A stretch of 62,795 bases of DNA, filler included. It is 5 parts of 5 records of this genome, joined end to end, with 100 filler letters (N's around TTAATTAATTAA, not from the genome) between each part and the next. Parts side by side here need not be neighbours in the genome. Positions count along the whole stretch, not along the records: positions 56,285 to 62,795 come from SRR20825006_1085; 4 more parts are not named here. One strand, 5' to 3'. The position numbers and the translations under genes were made by a program. Positions 56,315 to 62,795 of this stretch are shown piece after piece. The number at the start of each line of letters is the position of its first letter. The stretch's first letter is position 1. The notes under the pieces were generated by a model, which had not been told where the DNA came from, did not search any database, and was given only the letters and a program-made list of their open reading frames with translations.

Positions 56315-58585
56315 GTGATGACAGGGCACAGGGCCGATACCGTGGCGCGGGGGGCCGGCCACGACATCCGTGCGCACGGATTCGAGACCCAGACCCTTGC
56401 CGACATGTTCCGGCAATGGGGCGCGTTCCTGCGCCGCCGGTTCCGTGAAGTGCTGATCTGCATGGTGGTTGGCGGTGTTCTCGGGGCGCTGCTCGTGACA
56501 CGGATGGAGCTGCTCTACGAAGGCAAGCTCCTTTTGATGGTCGAGCCGCCCGCGCGCAGCCCGCTTGAGACCGAGGCCTCTGCCGCGGCGGCGATCGACG
56601 CCTTTGTCGAAGGTCAGGTCTATATCATCCAGTCCACCCAGGTCCTGAGCGATGTCGTGGCCCGGACGGGTCTGACCAGTCAGCCGTTCTTTCAGTCCGA
56701 ACCAAAAGGCTGGTTGGAGGGCTGGATCGAAACGGTCCTTGCAACCTCGCCTGCGCTGCGCGCAGAGGATGCGGCGCTGCTTGACCGGCTTGATCCGGCG
56801 ACGGCCCATGCCGTGCGTACCCTGCGCGACACCCTGTATGTCAATCGCGAGGGGGACACCGGCATCATCAGCATCCGGGTCATTGCCAACGATCCTGATC
56901 TTGCGGCCAGGATCGCAAACACGATCGGGTCATCCTTTGTCGCCAACCGCGAGGTGTCGCAGTTTCAGCAGGCGTCCCGTGTGGCCGGCTGGCTGGACGA
57001 GCGCGCGATCGAATTGCAGCTTCAGTTGTCGCAGGCCGAGGACGCTGTCGCATCCTTCCGGATCGACAACAATCTGGTGTCAGGCGAACCCGGCATCACG
57101 CTGTCCGAGCAGCGGCTGACGGAACTCAATTCCGAACTGATCAACACCCGTGCAGCACTGGCGGAACGTCGGGCCGTGTATGCGCGTGCAACCGAGGTGG
57201 TGTCATCGGGGGGCACCACGGCCTCCCTTCCTGAAATGCAGGGGTCCGAGGTTTTTGCGACATTGCGCGCGCTGCTGCTGGAACTCGAGCGCCGTGAAAC
57301 GGCCCTTGGCGGCCCCAGCACGACCAACTCGCGCATGACCGCCCTGCGCGAGGAACGTGCCGCGATCCAGCGGCAACTGACCGACGAGGTGCAGCGCATC
57401 CTGGGCCTGATCGCCAACGAGATCGAAACGCTTGAACTGCGTGAGCAGCTGATCGTCGATGCGCTGACGCAGGCCGGTGGTGAAACCGGCGAGGCCAGCC
57501 GGTCCAGCGTGGAGATGCGCGAACTGGAGCGTCGCGCCGCGGCCTACGGGGCCCTCTACGAGCGGTATCTCAACAACGCCGGGCTGGTGGATGAAAGCAT
57601 CACCTACCTGATCAGCGGGGTCGAGGTGATCGACCCGGCCAATCCGCCACTGGACCCGCGCTTTCCGACGCCCAATGCCATCATCATCTTCCTTCTTGCC
57701 TTGGGGGCCATGGTTGGAATCGGGATCGGGTATGGTCGTGAATCGATGCAGCCCGGATTCATGACGGCCCGCCAGATCCAGCGCACGCTTGGGCGGCCCG
57801 TGCTGGCCAGCATCCCGATGCTGCCGCCCAAAGCGTCTGCCTGGGATATGGTCCGCGACCTTCCCATGTCCCCTTATGCCGAGGCTGTCCGACTGCTCCG
57901 CCATGAGCTTTCCAGCCGGGACCTGGGCCGGGATTCGGGCCGGGATTCGGGCTGGGATTCTGGCCGGGACCCGAGAGGCAGGTCGCCGGTGTTGCTGATG
58001 ACATCGGCGGTGCCGGGGGAAGGCAAGACCAGCCTTGCAGCGGCCCTGGCAACCTCGGCAAGCTCGGCTGGGCTCAACGTGCTTTTGATCGATGCCGACC
58101 TGCGACGAGGGGGAACCACGCGTCTTTTCGGGGCCGAACGGGACGAAGGCCTGACCGAGGTGATGCGCACCCGGACATACGGGTTTGATGACCTTGTGCC
58201 AGGGGCGGGTGAACTTGACCTGCTGCCCAAAGGCGCGCCCGTCACCAGCCCGACCGACCTGTTTGCGGGGGGCAACCTGCCCCGCTATCTGGCCGAGGCG
58301 CGCAAAGTCTACGATCTGATCGTGATCGACGGGCCTCCGGTCGCCAACATGGCCGATGCGCCATTGCTGGCGCGCCTTTCGGATTCGGTGGCTTTTGTCG
58401 TCCGCTGGAAAGACACGCCGCGCGACGTCGTTCAAGAGGCGCTGACCCGTCTGGGCGGGGATATCGGAAAGGTGGGCCTGACGCTGAACGCTGTCGATCT
58501 GGATGTGGTCGCGCAATATGGCGAAACCTATGGCCAGTATGTGCTGGCATCGCAGCAACCGGGTGGCCGGGGCGTTTCCGTGTGA
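56315..58585 (+). CDS. Polysaccharide co-polymerase / BY-kinase (Wzc/ExoP/GumC-like)
   Basis: Two TM helices around a coiled coil; Walker A GEGKT, IDADLRR, IDGPP; C-terminal YGETYGQY. Confidence 0.9.
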   Translation: MMTGHRADTVARGAGHDIRAHGFETQTLADMFRQWGAFLRRRFREVLICMVVGGVLGALLVTRMELLYEGKLLLMVEPPARSPLETEASAAAAIDAFVEGQVYIIQSTQVLSDVVARTGLTSQPFFQSEPKGWLEGWIETVLATSPALRAEDAALLDRLDPATAHAVRTLRDTLYVNREGDTGIISIRVIANDPDLAARIANTIGSSFVANREVSQFQQASRVAGWLDERAIELQLQLSQAEDAVASFRIDNNLVSGEPGITLSEQRLTELNSELINTRAALAERRAVYARATEVVSSGGTTASLPEMQGSEVFATLRALLLELERRETALGGPSTTNSRMTALREERAAIQRQLTDEVQRILGLIANEIETLELREQLIVDALTQAGGETGEASRSSVEMRELERRAAAYGALYERYLNNAGLVDESITYLISGVEVIDPANPPLDPRFPTPNAIIIFLLALGAMVGIGIGYGRESMQPGFMTARQIQRTLGRPVLASIPMLPPKASAWDMVRDLPMSPYAEAVRLLRHELSSRDLGRDSGRDSGWDSGRDPRGRSPVLLMTSAVPGEGKTSLAAALATSASSAGLNVLLIDADLRRGGTTRLFGAERDEGLTEVMRTRTYGFDDLVPGAGELDLLPKGAPVTSPTDLFAGGNLPRYLAEARKVYDLIVIDGPPVANMADAPLLARLSDSVAFVVRWKDTPRDVVQEALTRLGGDIGKVGLTLNAVDLDVVAQYGETYGQYVLASQQPGGRGVSV
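57917..57973 (+). repeat. In-frame 12-bp tandem repeat, about 4.7 copies
   Basis: CGGGACCTGGGC CGGGATTCGGGC CGGGATTCGGGC TGGGATTCTGGC CGGGACCCG = RDLG RDSG RDSG WDSG RDP. Confidence 0.9.
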
Positions 58586-59562
58586 CGAAACCGGCGCTCA
58601 CCACACGCCTTCGCATGCCGGTGCAGGAGCAGGCCCCTGCTGATCCGGTTGATGAAGCCGCAAAGATGACATCCCGGAACCGGCTGAGTGTCGTCATCGG
58701 CATTGCCACGACGGGCCGGGCCGGGGTGGTCCGCAGAACGGTGCTTCACATGGCCGCTTTGTCAGACTTGCCTGACCGGGTGGTCGTCTCGGTCGCCGAT
58801 GGCGCGGATATGGAGGCCACGGGGCTGGGTGATCTGCCGTTCCGGCTGGATGTGCTGCACGGGCCCAAGGGGTCGTCGGCGCAACGCAACACGGTGCTGG
58901 ATCATGCCGGGGATGCCGGGATCGTGTTCTTTATCGACGATGATTTCCTGATCGCCGACGGCAGCGTGACCGCCCTGCGCCGTCTTTTCGAAACACACAA
59001 GGATGTGGTGATGGCCACCGGCCATGTGTTGGCCGACGGTCTGCGCGGCCCCGGCTATGATCACGCGCAGGGGCTGGCCCTGCTGGACCAGGCCGCGCCA
59101 GCCGATGCCGGTGCCGCGCCGCGCACCGTCTATTCGACCTACGGATGCAACATGGCGGTGCGTGGCGCGGCCGTCCGGGCCCACCCCGAGCGTTTCGACA
59201 CGACCCTGCCGCTTTATGGCTGGCTGGAAGATCTTGATTTCTCCCGGCGCATGGCGGCCTTCGGGCGGATCGTCGAGGACCCGCATCTCAGGGGGGTGCA
59301 TCTGGCCACCAAGACCGGGCGGATCAGCGGCCTGCGGCTGGGATATTCGCAGATCGCCAACCCGGTCTATCTGGTGCGCAAGGGCACATATCATTGGGCG
59401 CGGGCGCTGAAGCTGATGACCGGCAACGTGCTGGCCAACAGCGCCAAGTCGCTGTGGCCCGAACCGTGGATCGACCGCCGGGGCCGACTGACAGGCAACA
59501 TGCTGGCGTTTCGGGATCTGTTGCGCGGGCGGTGCAGGCCGGGGCGCATCCACGATCTGTGA
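58582..59562 (+). CDS. GT2-family glycosyltransferase
   Basis: FFIDDD DxD motif, YGCNMAVR, WLEDLDFS; start may be a downstream ATG. Confidence 0.88.
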   Translation: MTKPALTTRLRMPVQEQAPADPVDEAAKMTSRNRLSVVIGIATTGRAGVVRRTVLHMAALSDLPDRVVVSVADGADMEATGLGDLPFRLDVLHGPKGSSAQRNTVLDHAGDAGIVFFIDDDFLIADGSVTALRRLFETHKDVVMATGHVLADGLRGPGYDHAQGLALLDQAAPADAGAAPRTVYSTYGCNMAVRGAAVRAHPERFDTTLPLYGWLEDLDFSRRMAAFGRIVEDPHLRGVHLATKTGRISGLRLGYSQIANPVYLVRKGTYHWARALKLMTGNVLANSAKSLWPEPWIDRRGRLTGNMLAFRDLLRGRCRPGRIHDL

Positions 59563-59575
59563 CGCTGCCGGGCCG

Positions 59576-60727
59576 TCACGCGCCCCTTGCGGGCACGCGC
59601 TTGGCCAGCCGCCGGGCCAGCAGGATCGCGGCAGGATGGGGCAGTTGCAGGATCGGGCTGATCGCGCAGCTGCGGGCCAGCAGATCCAGCGTGCGGGGGC
59701 AGCTGTCTGCCGATGGCGGCGGCACGCCGTCGGCCCAGGCCCAGGGGTCGAACCGGGGATGGGCCATCCGCCCCTCCAGAATGGCGGTCCATTTGGTGTA
59801 GACATGCTTGGACGTGTCGAAAAGCCGCCGAACCCCGAGGTTATCGGCAAACGCGATGGCTTGCGCCTCGGTGTCGAAGGTCACGACGATGCTGCACGCC
59901 TCGCCGGGGTTGTTGTGCGGTGCGATCGGCAAGCCGGCGTTTTTCAGGATCGGTTCCATCGCGGCGACCCGCCGCCGCATGGCGCGCATCCGCCCCGGCA
60001 GCTTTGACAGCTGGACGTTCAGGATCGCGCCTTCGATCTCGCTGATGCGGAAATTTCCGCCGACGAATTCCTGATCCGTGCGATCAGGGGCGAACTTGCG
60101 AAAGTTGACGCCCATGTCATGCGCGCAATAGGCGCGTTCATGGATCAGGTCGTCAGAGGTCAGAACCGCGCCACCCTCGCCGCAGGTCATGTTCTTGGTC
60201 TGGTTGAAGCTGAAGGTGCCCGCATCGCCCATCGTTCCGCAGGCCCGGCCCTTGTAGCGCACGCCGATGGCCTGGCAGGCGTCTTCGATCACGCGCAGGT
60301 CGTGCCTGGCCGCGATATCCAGCAGCCGGTCCATGTCGCAGGGCCGGTTGTTCATATGCACGGGAATGACGGCGCGGGTGCGGGGGGTGATCTTGGCCGC
60401 CATGTCGTCCATGTCCATGGTCAGGGTCTGGTCGATCTCGACCAGCACCGGCACGGCGCCGACGTGCAATATGGCCGCGGCACTGGCCATCCAGGTATAG
60501 GCCGAGACCAGAACCTCGTCCCCGGGGCCGATCCGGCAGGCTTGCAGTGCCGTGATCAGGGCCGCAGTGCCGTTGTTCACGGCCAGTGCGTGGCGCGCGC
60601 CCATCCGGCGGGCAAGGCTGCGTTCGAATTTCTGGCAGAGCCCGAGATTGCTGGAGGTGCGCAAAAGGTCACCATGCGCGATCACGCGTCCGACAGCGAC
60701 CCACTCGCGCAAACCCAAACGTGGCAT
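59576..60727 (-). CDS. DegT/DnrJ/EryC1/StrS PLP-dependent sugar aminotransferase
   Basis: NNGTAAL, IEDACQA, FSFNQTKNMTCGEGG (PLP Lys); likely start 60727. Confidence 0.92.
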   Translation of the reverse strand: MPRLGLREWVAVGRVIAHGDLLRTSSNLGLCQKFERSLARRMGARHALAVNNGTAALITALQACRIGPGDEVLVSAYTWMASAAAILHVGAVPVLVEIDQTLTMDMDDMAAKITPRTRAVIPVHMNNRPCDMDRLLDIAARHDLRVIEDACQAIGVRYKGRACGTMGDAGTFSFNQTKNMTCGEGGAVLTSDDLIHERAYCAHDMGVNFRKFAPDRTDQEFVGGNFRISEIEGAILNVQLSKLPGRMRAMRRRVAAMEPILKNAGLPIAPHNNPGEACSIVVTFDTEAQAIAFADNLGVRRLFDTSKHVYTKWTAILEGRMAHPRFDPWAWADGVPPPSADSCPRTLDLLARSCAISPILQLPHPAAILLARRLAKRVPARGA

Positions 60728-60875
60728 GATCAGACCCGTCCATAGAATTACTGGCGTTGTTCGATAAGCACAGCAGCCACATAGGCAAACTCGTTTGCCC
60801 TCGATCGGCTTTTGCGTATTGCAGGCCCACACCCGTTCATCAAAGCTATAAAAAAGCTAAGGCGAAACGGTCGAA

Positions 60876-62630
60876 ATGACAATTCAAACCTTGGATAAAG
60901 CCGTCGATTTGAAACGACTTAACGCCGATGTTGCGATTGTCGGTGGCGGGGCGTGCGGCCTGACACTGGCCCGCGCGCTGGCCGGACGCATGGGCAGCAT
61001 CGTGGTATTGGAAAGCGGCGGGTTGACCCAGGACGACGCGCATGAGGCGCTGAATGCGGTCGATATCGCCGATGGCTGCTGGAGCGCCGAGGAATTCGCC
61101 GCACGCGACTTGTATCATCGCAGCCTGACAACCCACTGGGACGGTGCGCGCCAGACCTATGGCCTGCGCTGTCGGGGGCTTGGCGGATCGACGCAGGCCT
61201 GGGCGGGCAAGTCGGCGGTGTTCGAGCAGATCGATTTCGAAGCGCGGGACTGGGTGCCGCTTTCGGGGTGGCCCGTGAGCAGGGACGCGCTTGCCCCCTG
61301 GCTTGCGCAGGCCGGGGATCTGCTGAACCTTGGGCCGGGCCCGTATGATGCCACGCTTTGGGATCGGATCGGGCATACCCCGCCCGAACCGTCCCTGTCG
61401 GACACGGCGTTCCGTACCGTTTTCTGGAAATTTGCCCGGTCGCGGCGCAGCGTGACCGACATCATGCGGTTCGGTGCCGATTTCGTGGCCGATCCACCCG
61501 ATGGCGTGCGCGTGCTGACCAACGCGACCGTGACGCGGATACTGACCGATCCCGAGGGGTGCAGGGTTGCCGGCCTGGAGGCGCGCAGCCTTGCGGGCCA
61601 TCGGATCGAGGTCGCGGCCCCGATCTGTATCCTTGCCGCCAGCACGATCGAAAACGCGCGGCTTTTGCTGGTGTCACGCGATGCCGATCCGCGTGGGCTG
61701 GGAAACAGGCATGACACGGTGGGTCGATATTTGACCGACCACCCGACCGCCACCATCGCCCGCTTTGACAAGGAGGCCGCGCCCGATCTTGCGTCGCGCT
61801 TTGGCCTGTACGGATATCGCCAGGACGGTCGGACGCATGTCTACATGCACGGGCTTGCGCTGGACCCCGCATGGCAACGGGCCGAACGCGCGCTGAACGG
61901 GGCGTTGTTCGTCAACGAAGAGCGCGCGGATGACGACCCGTTCACCGCCGCCAGACGCATCCTGAAACGGCAAAGCCCGTCGGTTCTGAAAGACGCGATG
62001 TCCGTCGCGCGCAGCCCGGTGCGGATCGTGCGCGGGGCCACGGCGCGCGCGATCGAGAGGAATTACATACCCCGGCCGATCTCAAGCGTGATCGTCGATG
62101 TGGCGCTGCGGCTGTTTCCCAACACCGTCGCCCGGGATTTCCAGAACGGTCGGCTTCCGGTCAAGTTGTCGGGGTTGCGGATCGAGGCGACGACCGAACA
62201 GCCCCCCTTGCCCGAGAACCGGGTGACCCTGTCGGACAGGCGCGATGCCTTTGGTCTTGCGCGTCCTTTCGTGACCTGGTCCGCCGGAGAGGCGGCCCGC
62301 GCAAACCTGCTGCGGATCGGGCAGCAGTTCGGCGCCGTGGCGACCGGCATGGGCCTGCCGCGCCCGCAGCTTTCGGACTGGGTTGTCGATGGCGCGCCCG
62401 AGCGCGCGGTGGCGATCGATCTGGGGCACATGATGGGCACCACGCGGATGTCGCACCGGCCCGAAGAGGGCGTTGTCGATACCGATTGTAAGGTGCACGG
62501 GGTCGAGGGGCTGTATGCCGCGGGCGGTTCGGTGTTGCCGACCGCAAGCCATGTCAATCCGACGCTGATGATGATCGCCCTGGCGCTGCGTCTGGCCGAC
62601 CACCTGGCGGCAAACAAGCCGCGCGGCTGA
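60876..62630 (+). CDS. GMC-family FAD oxidoreductase
   Basis: GGGACG, GLGGSTQAW, VGRYLTDHP, HMMGTTRM, NPTL. Confidence 0.9.
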   Translation: MTIQTLDKAVDLKRLNADVAIVGGGACGLTLARALAGRMGSIVVLESGGLTQDDAHEALNAVDIADGCWSAEEFAARDLYHRSLTTHWDGARQTYGLRCRGLGGSTQAWAGKSAVFEQIDFEARDWVPLSGWPVSRDALAPWLAQAGDLLNLGPGPYDATLWDRIGHTPPEPSLSDTAFRTVFWKFARSRRSVTDIMRFGADFVADPPDGVRVLTNATVTRILTDPEGCRVAGLEARSLAGHRIEVAAPICILAASTIENARLLLVSRDADPRGLGNRHDTVGRYLTDHPTATIARFDKEAAPDLASRFGLYGYRQDGRTHVYMHGLALDPAWQRAERALNGALFVNEERADDDPFTAARRILKRQSPSVLKDAMSVARSPVRIVRGATARAIERNYIPRPISSVIVDVALRLFPNTVARDFQNGRLPVKLSGLRIEATTEQPPLPENRVTLSDRRDAFGLARPFVTWSAGEAARANLLRIGQQFGAVATGMGLPRPQLSDWVVDGAPERAVAIDLGHMMGTTRMSHRPEEGVVDTDCKVHGVEGLYAAGGSVLPTASHVNPTLMMIALALRLADHLAANKPRG

Positions 62631-62795
62631 GGGCGACGGCGGCGCGGCGACGGTTTGCACGGCTGATCCTACGCCGTCCGGTCAGGGATTTCGGGGGCGT
62701 TTCTGTCATTTTGATCAGCCCCGTCATCAATCCTGATGATGGCCGGGCTGCGGCCATGTGTAAGGTGCATCCACGAATCTTGTTTGCATCAAGGG

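Noticed and set aside
57203-59850. Long antisense ORFs (451 aa and 362 aa, and similar ones such as 2681-3868)
   Set aside because: Shadow frames of well-supported genes in GC-rich DNA, with no recognisable motifs.

Overview
The window joins five unrelated contigs with 100-bp N linkers that contain TTAATTAATTAA (9448-9547, 31337-31436, 50141-50240, 56185-56284), so no gene context crosses a linker. Taxonomic labels are inferred from gene content and composition. (1) 1-9447, alphaproteobacterial: sugar ABC transporter, BadF-type sugar kinase, LysR regulator and a Dpp/Opp ABC transporter. (2) 9548-31336, Alcanivorax-like: two-component pair plus ELWxxDGT lipoprotein bracketed by a duplicated terminator, secreted HNH nuclease, Fur-boxed PepSY operon, FadL, YcaC/pirin/LysR, AlmA-like monooxygenase and desaturase with AraC regulators, ending in a partial tRNA. 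(3) 31437-50140, AT-rich Bacteroidota with TAnnTTTG promoters. (4) 50241-56184, Thalassospira-like purB region. (5) 56285-62795, Rhodobacteraceae-like polysaccharide locus. The strongest signal is at 31437-34750: an integron-like gene-cassette array in the Bacteroidota contig. Co-oriented genes are separated by non-canonical attC-like hairpins. Each cassette's two ends are perfect reverse complements that differ between cassettes (GTTATGAGCA...TGCTCATAAC and GTTATGTGC...GCACATAAC). No integrase lies next to the array head, and the cargo includes an Mrr-like nuclease fusion that may be defensive.
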